Assembly: GCF_017519145.1 (NCBI RefSeq)
Contig: NZ_JAFWTA010000021.1
Origin: Ruminococcus sp.
GTDB lineage: Bacteria > Bacillota > Clostridia > Oscillospirales > Ruminococcaceae
DNA length: 64,000 bases
Direction: 5' to 3' (one strand)
This document shows, piece after piece, positions 37,664-45,561 of this stretch. A model generated the notes under the pieces. The model searched no databases, had not been told where the DNA came from, and was given only the letters and a program-made list of their open reading frames with translations. Made by a program: the position numbers and the translations under genes. How positions within the stretch are numbered: position 1 is the first letter of the stretch; the number at the start of each line of letters is the position of its first letter.

Positions 37664-38974
37664 ATGAACGACGATATATCGCCAATCAAGCCCGATTCCG
37701 ACGCTCAGGCGGAGCTGATGGTAAAAATGCTCCACGAGGTGGCAAGGAACGACCACAAAGCTACAAGCTTTAAAATGTGGGACACCCTCGTCCTCACCCC
37801 ATTCTCTCAGCCCGAGGACCTGTTCCTCTTTATGGAGGACGACTTCGCCCTGCTCAACACGGGTAACAAGACCTTCACACAGCTCAGAACAGAGGCTCAG
37901 AAGGCTGCTGAGAAAAAATACGGTCTCAAGGGCAATGTGACCCTTGAAAAGATATACGACATATTCACCAAGATGAGCGGCATCACTCCCACGGGAAGGG
38001 AAAAGCTCTTCAACCGCGAGTGCGACCTCATACACCATTTCGCCTTTGCCAGAAATACGGGAAAGCTCCTGTTCGATAAGGCAAAGGACTGCAAAAACAA
38101 GATAATAATCACCTCGGAGTCAATTTATCCGAGAGATGTTATTGTAAAGATACTCTGCGACTGCGGCTACGGAGCATATGATGCCCTCATTATCCCCGCC
38201 GAGCAGAATATCCCCGATTCCGCAGGCACCGCATTTCTCGATGTGGTAGTAAAGAAATCGGGACTGGAGGCTTCAAATATCCTCCACATCGGCGGCGACT
38301 TCAGCAGCGATGTTGAGGCGCCCATAGTAAGAGGTATGCGCGCACTTATGCTTCAGCCCGTCATGCCGCTTATGATAAAGTCGGGAAGGCTCCGCGGCTT
38401 CATTGAGGATAAACACCTCTATGACATCGACGAGCCGAAATTTACCGCACTCAGATGCGCTCTGGCGCTCTATGCAGTCTACGGCTTTGATACTCCTCAG
38501 AACAAAAAGCCCAAGAGCGATTTCTGCGGCGAATGCCGTATGCTGGGCTTCATGGTGCTGGGTCCCCTTATGTTCATCAAGGACTTCTCCCCCGAAACTG
38601 ACCTTCAGCGCGAGCTCATAGCCGCTATGGAGAAAAATAATGAGATATCTGAGGGAAGACGGGATTTTGAACAGATGGTATACCACCATTTCGGAGATTT
38701 CATCGGGAAATACGGCGGCGAAGGCTGTCAGCTGCCGCTGGAATTCATCGAAAAATTCAGCTATATCGGTGACAGAGAGCTGATAAAGCCCACTCTTTCC
38801 GAAATTGGCCTCAAAAAATGGGGAAAACCTGCCAATGAACCAAAACTCGCTCCCGTCCATACAAAAGCGGTCAAAAAGAGCCCTCTTCAGAAGCTTGCCG
38901 ACAAGCTTTTCCCCGAAGGCACAAGAGTCAGGGAGATGTCAGAGGGCATACTCACGGGAAAAAAGAAAAAGTGA
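37664..38974 (+). CDS. HAD-superfamily-like protein (low confidence)
   Basis: MWDTLVLTPF near the N-terminus and ILHIGGDFSSDVEAPIVRGMRAL resemble HAD motifs I and IV of the FDxFDTL-type family. Confidence 0.45.
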   Translation: MNDDISPIKPDSDAQAELMVKMLHEVARNDHKATSFKMWDTLVLTPFSQPEDLFLFMEDDFALLNTGNKTFTQLRTEAQKAAEKKYGLKGNVTLEKIYDIFTKMSGITPTGREKLFNRECDLIHHFAFARNTGKLLFDKAKDCKNKIIITSESIYPRDVIVKILCDCGYGAYDALIIPAEQNIPDSAGTAFLDVVVKKSGLEASNILHIGGDFSSDVEAPIVRGMRALMLQPVMPLMIKSGRLRGFIEDKHLYDIDEPKFTALRCALALYAVYGFDTPQNKKPKSDFCGECRMLGFMVLGPLMFIKDFSPETDLQRELIAAMEKNNEISEGRRDFEQMVYHHFGDFIGKYGGEGCQLPLEFIEKFSYIGDRELIKPTLSEIGLKKWGKPANEPKLAPVHTKAVKKSPLQKLADKLFPEGTRVREMSEGILTGKKKK

Positions 38975-39164
38975 CCGCAGCTTTTTCCCTTATAACTTTA
39001 ATTGCGACAGCCGTTTTCGACGGCGTTTTATAACAGCTATGGGTTATTACATTTCCCACCCAAAAACACCGTAAGAACCTATAAAATCCCGTTGCAGCCA
39101 CCTTTTGCTTTGTGTTATCATTATTGAGCGGTCAGAGACCGTCAAGCAAAAGGAGGTATAAATA

Positions 39165-39920
39165 ATGAATAACAAGGTAAAGGTACTTATCGGCGACGAT
39201 TCAGCCGAAACAGGTGTGAGCGTGGCCAATAAGCTCCGCGAAAAGGGAATGTACGCCTATACAAGGCGCAGAGACTGCGGTATAATTCTTGAGTCTATCA
39301 AGAAGGATCCACCCGATGTTGCCGTAATGGACATCTCATCACAGAACGGCGATGTCATCTCAGTCATGAGAACTGTCAGGGATTCGGGCATAAAGCCCCC
39401 TGTTTTCATCATAACTTCTGCCTATGACAACGAGTTCATAGAAAGACAGGTCATGGAAAACGGCGCTTCACGCTTCATGCTCAGACCATACAGCGCAGAC
39501 GACCTCTGCACCGCCATCAATTCTTCTCTCGGAGATAGAGTAAGCAGTCTCAGCGACGACATGGAGGTGGTCGTCACCGACATGATTCATCAGCTGGGAG
39601 TGCCCGCTCATATAAAAGGATATCACTATCTCAGAACTGCTATCCTTTACTCTATCAAGGACAAAACTCTACTTGACAGCGTAACAAAGCTCCTCTATCC
39701 CACTGTGGCAGGTATCTACGATACCACATCATCACGGGTGGAACGCGCTATCCGCCACGCTATCGAAATAGCATGGGACAGAGGAAATGTGGATACCCTC
39801 AACTCGTTCTTCGGCTATACCGTAGATACAGGCAAGGGCAAGCCCACAAATTCGGAATTTATCGCTCTTATAACAGATAAGCTCAGACTTCGCTATAAAA
39901 GCACTCTGAATACTCACTGA
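39165..39920 (+). CDS. spo0A: sporulation master regulator Spo0A
   Basis: Receiver domain ([15 protein letters not shown]) plus the diagnostic Spo0A_C block [18 protein letters not shown]...[20 protein letters not shown]...FGYT...[13 protein letters not shown]. Confidence 0.93.
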   Translation: MNNKVKVLIGDDSAETGVSVANKLREKGMYAYTRRRDCGIILESIKKDPPDVAVMDISSQNGDVISVMRTVRDSGIKPPVFIITSAYDNEFIERQVMENGASRFMLRPYSADDLCTAINSSLGDRVSSLSDDMEVVVTDMIHQLGVPAHIKGYHYLRTAILYSIKDKTLLDSVTKLLYPTVAGIYDTTSSRVERAIRHAIEIAWDRGNVDTLNSFFGYTVDTGKGKPTNSEFIALITDKLRLRYKSTLNTH

Positions 39921-39985
39921 TAACGAATAAGCCGTGACAGTTCCGAATATAATTCCCGTGATGAATAATTACAAGGAGGAACATC

Positions 39986-40495
39986 ATGGCTTTCAGAAAA
40001 ATCGACATCAGCGAGCTTTCATTCAATCCCTTCGATAAGATAGGCAAACAGTGGATGCTCCTGACAGGCGGAGATAAGGACAGCTTCAACACCATGACAG
40101 CTTCATGGGGTCAGCTTGGAGTTCTCTGGAACAAGAACGTCCTTACCTGCTACATCAGACCTAACCGCTATACCTACGACTTCGTCGAGAAAGGCGAGTG
40201 CTTCACTGCCTCATTCTACGGCGAGGAATACAGAAGTGCCCTCTCCTTCTGCGGTTCTCATTCGGGCAGGGACTGCGATAAGGCTAAGGAGACAGGACTC
40301 ACTCCTGCCGAGGTTGACAGCTGCATGGCTTTTGAGGAGGCAGAGCTTGTACTGGTCTGCCGCAAGCTTTACAGCTATGACCTTCAGGAAAGCGGTTTTC
40401 TCACAGATGACGGTATCCCCGGAAAATTCTTCGGCACGGATCCGTATCACCGCGCTTATATCTCCGAGATCGTCGGAGTCTATGTGAAAGATTAA
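39986..40495 (+). CDS. flavin reductase-like (FMN-binding split-barrel) protein
   Basis: FNPFDKIGKQWMLLTGGDKDSFNTMTASWGQLGVLWNKNV and CGSHSGRDCDKAKETGLTP are typical of the family. Confidence 0.78.
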   Translation: MAFRKIDISELSFNPFDKIGKQWMLLTGGDKDSFNTMTASWGQLGVLWNKNVLTCYIRPNRYTYDFVEKGECFTASFYGEEYRSALSFCGSHSGRDCDKAKETGLTPAEVDSCMAFEEAELVLVCRKLYSYDLQESGFLTDDGIPGKFFGTDPYHRAYISEIVGVYVKD

Positions 40496-40576
40496 GCGCA
40501 AAAGGGGCATAATAACAACACGATACTAACCACACGACAAGTGCTTTTCACTGTAAAAGCTGCTATTGGAGGGAAT

Positions 40577-40783
40577 ATGAACATAAACGACATTTTAAAG
40601 GAAATAGCTGTAAAAAACGGAGTAACCGAAGCAGAAGTAAGACGAGAGATCGAAGCATCTATCGCGGAAGCCTGCAAAGACCCCAAAAACCCCATAAACA
40701 ATATCGGTAAAGGCAAGGTTCCTACTACCGAGGAGGTCATGGAGTACGTCCTCAGGGAAGTTGCTAAATCCAGAATGAACTGA
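40577..40783 (+). CDS. small hypothetical protein (68 aa)
   Basis: ATG after GGAGGG. MNINDILKEIAVKNGVTEAEVRREIEASIAEACKDPKNP... has a loose resemblance to short Spo0A_C-like helix proteins. Confidence 0.4.
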   Translation: MNINDILKEIAVKNGVTEAEVRREIEASIAEACKDPKNPINNIGKGKVPTTEEVMEYVLREVAKSRMN

Positions 40784-40847
40784 CTTTTCACATAAAACAC
40801 CCCGAGGCTGTCCGTAAAAAGCCCCGGGGGTTGCCTTTATATTCACT

Positions 40848-40896
40848 TTCACAAAACAAAACCCCCTTGCAGACCGTGAGTTGTCCGCAAGGGGTT
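40848..40896 (-). terminator. Rho-independent terminator of rpsT
   Basis: Minus strand: CCCCTTGC-16 nt-GCAAGGGG followed by GTTTTGTTTTG. Confidence 0.7.
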
Positions 40897-40922
40897 CATT
40901 TCTTATATGATCAAAAAAGACC

Positions 40923-41183
40923 TTATTCAGCAGAGTTGAGCTTCTTAGCGAGCTGTGACTTCTTTCTTGCAGCCTTATTCTTGTGCATAAGACCCTTTGC
41001 GCAAGCCTGATCAACTCTCTTGATAGCAACCTTGATTGTCTCTGCCTTGTCAGCAGAACCAGCTGCTACAGCTGCGTCAGCCTTCTTGAGGATAGTCTTG
41101 AGATTAGACTTTCTTGCCTTGTTGGCAGCAGCCTTTGTTGCATTGACCTTTACTCTCTTCTTTGCAGACTTAATGTTTGGCAT
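40923..41183 (-). CDS. rpsT: 30S ribosomal protein S20
   Basis: MPNIKSAKKRVKVNATKAAANKARKS... Start moved to this Met; the longer track ORF is an upstream extension. Confidence 0.95.
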   Translation of the reverse strand: MPNIKSAKKRVKVNATKAAANKARKSNLKTILKKADAAVAAGSADKAETIKVAIKRVDQACAKGLMHKNKAARKKSQLAKKLNSAE

Positions 41184-41409
41184 TACGTTACACCTCCTTG
41201 GATTATGCAGACCGAATAATCGCCTGCATTTTACAGATAATAGGAGCAAACACGGGTTCGTTCACTCCCGACAGCTGCAACGCACAGCTGCCATACTGAG
41301 ACAAATATAATTATAACATTTTTCCACACCATTTTCAATAGCCAAAAGTGAAATTATGACCCGAAATATTTTCCACAATTAAAGCAATATGCACAATATG
41401 GAGGAATTC

Positions 41410-42252
41410 ATGGATATTCGTACTGATCTTGCACTTGAAAGCATCTCTCCCGACAGCCTGCCCGAAAGCGTTCACATCTCCACAAGGGGGAGGGCTTTCC
41501 GCATAACGGAGATAACCATTGACGACGACAGCTGCCTTGACACCATCGGCAAGGGCAGGGGACGCTACATCACCCTTGAGGGCAGCAGTCTCAGCCGCTT
41601 TGCCGAGGACTATCAGTCCATGACCGAGGAGCTTGCCGCGGAGCTGTCCGCACTTGTGCCCGAGGGGGATATTCTGGTGGCAGGCATAGGCAACAACGAT
41701 ATTACGCCCGATGCCATAGGTCCCCAGACTGCCGCAAAGGTGCTTGCCACGCGGCACCTCAGCTGCGATACCGTGGAGGAGGAGTTTTTCGCGTCCCTGC
41801 GCCGAGTCAGCTCTCTTGCAGGTGGTGTCATGGGGCAGACGGGCATTGAGTCCGCGGAGCTTATACGGGCAGTAGCGACGGAGCTCCGCCCTGCCGCCGT
41901 CATAGCCGTGGACGCCCTCGCCTGCACGGATATAAGCCGTCTGGGCACAACAATACAGCTCACCGACACAGGCATATCCCCGGGAAGCGGAGTTTCCAAC
42001 CACCGCATAGAGCTGTCGGAAAAGGTGCTGGGAGTTCCCGTTATCGCCGTGGGAGTCCCCACGGTGGTGGATATGCACACCATAGTCCGCAGCCTGACAG
42101 GGGAGAAAATAAACAGGGAGCTGCCAAATATGATGGTAACTCCCCGTGATATAGACCGCCTTACAGAGCGCGCCTCTCAGCTCATAGCCTTCGGAATAAA
42201 CCTTGCATTGCAGCCTGCCCTAAGCTTTGAGGACGTAAGAGGGCTGTTTTAA
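41410..42252 (+). CDS. gpr: germination protease (spore SASP endopeptidase)
   Basis: MDIRTDLALES, VAGIGNNDITPDAIGP and GISPGSGVSNHR...GVPVIAVGVPTVVD. It is divergent from rpsT, as in Bacillus. Confidence 0.9.
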   Translation: MDIRTDLALESISPDSLPESVHISTRGRAFRITEITIDDDSCLDTIGKGRGRYITLEGSSLSRFAEDYQSMTEELAAELSALVPEGDILVAGIGNNDITPDAIGPQTAAKVLATRHLSCDTVEEEFFASLRRVSSLAGGVMGQTGIESAELIRAVATELRPAAVIAVDALACTDISRLGTTIQLTDTGISPGSGVSNHRIELSEKVLGVPVIAVGVPTVVDMHTIVRSLTGEKINRELPNMMVTPRDIDRLTERASQLIAFGINLALQPALSFEDVRGLF

Positions 42253-42255
42253 AAT

Positions 42256-42290
42256 TCGTAATTCATAATGCATAATTCGTAATTATAAGT
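42256..42290. repeat. heptamer micro-array (YCRTAAT-type, 5 units)
   Basis: TCGTAAT TCATAAT GCATAAT TCGTAAT TATAAGT, immediately after the gpr stop and between convergent genes. Confidence 0.7.
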
Positions 42291-42387
42291 AATATCCGCA
42301 TAAAAAATCTTATGTCAGCTTTTCACATTCAGTTGAAAAAAGTGCTGTAAGCGAGCTTGCGAGCATCATGGCAGCGTGGTACCTGAG

Positions 42388-43128
42388 CTACCACATAAAT
42401 TCCACATCGGGAGCTTTTACCATGTTGATCTCGGGCTCTGGCTGGGACTTTTCCTCCTTCAGCAGAGCCTTTGCAAGCTCCTCCATTTCAACTATCTCGT
42501 GGAAATAATCGTTGAGTGGCTGGAGCGCCTTGAATATTTCAATAGCGTGGTCGGCTATTTTATGGGAGAAAAGCTCCTCAGCGCCGCTGACCTTGGTGTA
42601 GACGCTGAACCCCTTTTTGATGAAATAGGGCTCCAGCTTCGGGTCGGGACAGGGCTTTTTCCGCTTGTACTCGTCACCGCCGACGGTGAGTCCGTACTTT
42701 TCAACAAGTTCATCCACCATGTTGATAAACGGCTCTGAGTCCTCAAGAAGTCCGCTGCGGAAACGCTCCATAACAGCGGCTTCGGGCTTGGAAATACGGA
42801 AGCCGAACTCCGCTCCCTCGGGAGAAAGCTCGAAATACAGGGTAGGAGTCTTGCTCCAGTACCACGCATCATAGCGGACATATATCCACATGGTGTCGCG
42901 GTAGTGAAGATAGGGAGCGAAATTCTCGTCGCGGTATATCCTGCCCACCTTGTACATCATGCCGTCAGTTTCGGCAAATGGCGCAAAAAGCTCCTCGCCG
43001 AGAGCCTTCATGGGCTCGTATATCTTCTCGGTGTAGACCGCCTTCCGCGGCTCGAACCACTCTTTATTGTTGTTATGCCTTATACCGAGGAGGAACTCCA
43101 GCGCCTCCTGTGAAAATCCTTCAAACAT
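42388..43128 (-). CDS. DUF2461 (TIGR02453) family protein
   Basis: MFEGFSQEALEFLLGIRHNNNKEWFEPRKAVYTEKIYEPM is the family's N-terminal signature. Confidence 0.8.
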   Translation of the reverse strand: MFEGFSQEALEFLLGIRHNNNKEWFEPRKAVYTEKIYEPMKALGEELFAPFAETDGMMYKVGRIYRDENFAPYLHYRDTMWIYVRYDAWYWSKTPTLYFELSPEGAEFGFRISKPEAAVMERFRSGLLEDSEPFINMVDELVEKYGLTVGGDEYKRKKPCPDPKLEPYFIKKGFSVYTKVSGAEELFSHKIADHAIEIFKALQPLNDYFHEIVEMEELAKALLKEEKSQPEPEINMVKAPDVEFMW

Positions 43129-43161
43129 GGTTTATCCTTTCATAAATCGGAATTTATATGT

Positions 43162-43236
43162 GTAGGGAACGCCGCCCTCGGCGTTCCGTTGGGCATGTAA
43201 TACATTTTGCGGAACGGCGAGGGCGCCGTTCCCTAC
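43162..43236. repeat. inverted REP doublet (REPIN-like)
   Basis: GTAGGGAACGCCGCCCTCGGCGTTCC (43162-43187, + sense) and GTAGGGAACGGCGCCCTCGCCGTTCC (43211-43236, - sense), separated by 23 nt. Each arm is itself GTAG plus a 9-bp hairpin. Confidence 0.75.
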
Positions 43237-43240
43237 ATTA

Positions 43241-43268
43241 TGCTAATGGCTATGTGCTAACGGCTTAA
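43241..43268. repeat. heptamer micro-array (KGCTAWN, 4 units)
   Basis: TGCTAAT GGCTATG TGCTAAC GGCTTAA, directly abutting the REP doublet. Confidence 0.55.
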
Positions 43269-43299
43269 ATCATAATTTAGCTCCGCTAAATTATGATTT
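43267..43299. repeat. perfect 14-bp AT-rich inverted repeat
   Basis: AAATCATAATTTAG-ctccg-CTAAATTATGATTT. There is no flanking T-run in either sense. Confidence 0.6.
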
Positions 43300-43384
43300 A
43301 TTATATCACAAGTTGTGACATAATTCAAGCGGAAACAACTTTTAACCAAATTTTTACAGCAATATCGTCCTAATTTCATTTCAC

Positions 43385-43580
43385 AAGCGGGTGGAAAAGT
43401 TTTCAACACGGTGTTGAATTGATTGTGGAGTCATATGTTCGATTGTTGATAACTCTGTTGAAAGGGTGGAAAACAACGCAGAATTAACTTTCTGGAAGTT
43501 CTTAAAAGTTGAAAACGGTGTGGATAATCAGGGAAAATGAGTAAACAATAAAAATACGTTGTGGAAAACAGCTCCACAAC
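43385..43580 (+). promoter_or_regulatory. DnaA-box cluster outside oriC
   Basis: All boxes are in the same orientation: TGTGGATAA (9/9) at 43519-43527; TGTTGATAA (8/9) at 43444-43452; TGTGGAAAA (8/9) at 43560-43568; GGTGGAAAA (7/9) at 43390-43398 and 43465-43473. Confidence 0.55.
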
Positions 43581-43606
43581 AATTCACTGTAAAGGATATG
43601 ATTTGT

Positions 43607-43966
43607 ATGAAAAAGCTTTTAGCAATATGCTCCATATTTTTTACCGTTTGTGCAACTCTCACAGGCTGCGGCGATAATAACGACGGACATTATACGGACG
43701 ACGGAAACGGCGCTGTCATAGAGGACTCCACTACCGATAAAAAGTACGAAAGCAATGCTGACAATGACATTCGCGACCGCGTTGACGACGCTGCCGATGG
43801 TATCGGTGACGCAGGTAAAGACATTATAAACGGTGCAGGCGATGCAGGCAAGGAGGCTATCGACGGAGCTAAGGACGCCGCTGACGATATCATCGACGGA
43901 CTTGACGGCGATAAGGAGCATGACGAGGAGGAGACTACCTCCCGAAAAAACCGCAAGGACAGGTAA
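43607..43966 (+). CDS. small lipoprotein with Asp/Gly/Ala-rich repeats
   Basis: MKKLLAICSIFFTVCATLTGCGD lipobox. Repeats DAADGIGDAGKDIINGAGDAGKEAIDGAKDAADDIIDG. Confidence 0.55.
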   Translation: MKKLLAICSIFFTVCATLTGCGDNNDGHYTDDGNGAVIEDSTTDKKYESNADNDIRDRVDDAADGIGDAGKDIINGAGDAGKEAIDGAKDAADDIIDGLDGDKEHDEEETTSRKNRKDR

Positions 43967-43972
43967 AAGAAC

Positions 43973-43997
43973 AGCCCCGGGGCAATGCCTCGGGGCT
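43973..43997. terminator. hairpin between the convergent lipoprotein and pepV genes
   Basis: AGCCCCG-11 nt-CGGGGCT with T-rich flanks. Confidence 0.55.
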
Positions 43998-44108
43998 TAG
44001 TATTTGTTTGCTGAAATATGCATGGACGGTGCCCACCGGCATAACGTCCTTGAAAATTGCCCATTCGGACGAGAGTTTTTCAACATTCAGCCTGTAATTG
44101 TTGAAAAG

Positions 44109-45404
44109 TCAGCCGCAAAGCTCAGCCATAGCCTCTGCCATTATTTCTGCATTTTTAAGCAGATTTGCCACAGTTATGAACTCGTCGGGACTGTGCATAC
44201 GGCCGTCCTCGTTGGGAAACTCCGCACCGAAGGCAACTCCGCCCTCGATATCATGTACATAGGTACCGCCGCCGATGGCTATACAGTGACCTTTATCCCC
44301 TGTCACCCGCTCATAGACTCGGAGAAGTCCCTGCACGAACCCGCTGTTTTCATCGGTGCAGTGGGGCTCCACGCCCTCGCAGCTGTCCACCGTAAAGCCA
44401 GCGCCCTCAAGAGCATCGCAGATTATACCGCTTATCTCTGATTTAGTGCGGTCAAGGGGGAAACGGATATCTACAGCTCCGCAAAGTCTGCCGTTCTCGG
44501 TATTAAGCATTGACAGCACACAGGTCATATCCTCCGATAATTCGTCACGGAAGCCAAGTCCGCAGCTCTTGCCGCTGAACTCGCCGTGAGGGAAAAGCTC
44601 CCCGAGGGTCTGTATCAGCAGGTTTTCGCCGCAATAGCTGTCAAGAAACATTGTTATTGCGTTTTCGCCCTTTTCGGGAGTAGATGCGTGTGCGGAAACT
44701 CCCTCATAGACAGCCTCCTCAGGCTCTCCCTCATCGTTCTCCATTGTCACCGTGCAGAACTGCGGAACGGCATTTATCACCGTACCTGCCTGTATATCAA
44801 GGATCTCGTCATCGTCAAAGTCAGAGGAGAACCACACTCTCAGCATTCCCTTTTCCGCATTGATGACAGGGTACTCACCGTCGGGAGTGAACACCATGGA
44901 CGGAAGCTCCCTGTGCCTGCGGTAGTATTCCATATCCGCAGATCCGTTTTCCTCATTGGTGCCGAAGATAAGGCGTATGCCCTTTTTCAGGGGAAGTCCC
45001 AACTCCTTGACGGCTCTTGCCGCAAAAAGTGCAGCAACGGCAGGTCCCTTGTCGTCAATGGCGCCGCGTCCCACAAGCTTGTCGGTGTCGGGCTCATAGC
45101 GCAGAACAAAGGGATCTGTGGTCCAGCCGGCGCCGACGGGCACCACATCAAGGTGAGTCAGCACAGCAAGTCCAGCAGGCAGGTCGTTCACATCTGCCGA
45201 GCCGGCATAGTTTTCCACATTATCAACAGTAAAACCAAACTCCCTGCACTTATCCAGCATAAGTGCAAGAGCCTCGGCAGGCTCCCTACCGAAGGGAGCT
45301 CCCTCCTCGGCTTTTCCCTGAACGCTTGGTATAGCCACAAGTGCCCCCAGAAAGTCAATCATTTCCTGTTTATGTGCTTCAAGATAGTCTCTGATATTGC
45401 TCAT
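44109..45404 (-). CDS. pepV: M20-family dipeptidase (PepV/Sapep type)
   Basis: MSNIRDYLEAHKQEMIDFLGALVAIPSV, THLDVVPVG, GRGAIDDKGP and IFGTNEENG. Start moved to the ATG after AAAGGAGAC. Confidence 0.85.
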   Translation of the reverse strand: MSNIRDYLEAHKQEMIDFLGALVAIPSVQGKAEEGAPFGREPAEALALMLDKCREFGFTVDNVENYAGSADVNDLPAGLAVLTHLDVVPVGAGWTTDPFVLRYEPDTDKLVGRGAIDDKGPAVAALFAARAVKELGLPLKKGIRLIFGTNEENGSADMEYYRRHRELPSMVFTPDGEYPVINAEKGMLRVWFSSDFDDDEILDIQAGTVINAVPQFCTVTMENDEGEPEEAVYEGVSAHASTPEKGENAITMFLDSYCGENLLIQTLGELFPHGEFSGKSCGLGFRDELSEDMTCVLSMLNTENGRLCGAVDIRFPLDRTKSEISGIICDALEGAGFTVDSCEGVEPHCTDENSGFVQGLLRVYERVTGDKGHCIAIGGGTYVHDIEGGVAFGAEFPNEDGRMHSPDEFITVANLLKNAEIMAEAMAELCG

Positions 45405-45462
45405 TAAAGTCTCCTTTATATATGACAATAGCGGTACACCGCCGTGAAAAATACCTATATAC

Positions 45463-45492
45463 GCAAAAAACCGCAGTAGGAGTACTGCGGCA
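45463..45492 (-). terminator. Rho-independent terminator after the ABC ATPase gene
   Basis: Minus strand: CCGCAGTA-ctcc-TACTGCGG followed by TTTTTTG. Confidence 0.7.
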
Positions 45493-45561
45493 TTTTGCTT
45501 GTACACAACGTCTCCCGACGCTGTGTACCAAGAAAGAAAGGATAAATATGAAAAGAATTAA

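Noticed and set aside
37085-38038. 317-aa minus-strand ORF. Similar long antisense ORFs lie at 10934-11830, 32243-33082, 44586-45407, 49932-50717, 57099-57944 and 55347-55994.
   Set aside because: All of them lie fully opposite confidently identified genes (GH26, the HAD-like gene, GH13, the lipoprotein, pepV, CNNM, gyrB and gyrA). None has a recognisable motif or RBS, so they are shadow ORFs.
43385-43580. The DnaA-box cluster as the replication origin itself
   Set aside because: Flanking genes converge on it rather than diverge from it. There is no adjacent dnaA or dnaN and no obvious long AT-rich unwinding block. The dnaA-dnaN spacer at 62.4-62.9 kb has the expected origin layout. The cluster is kept as a non-origin DnaA-box cluster.
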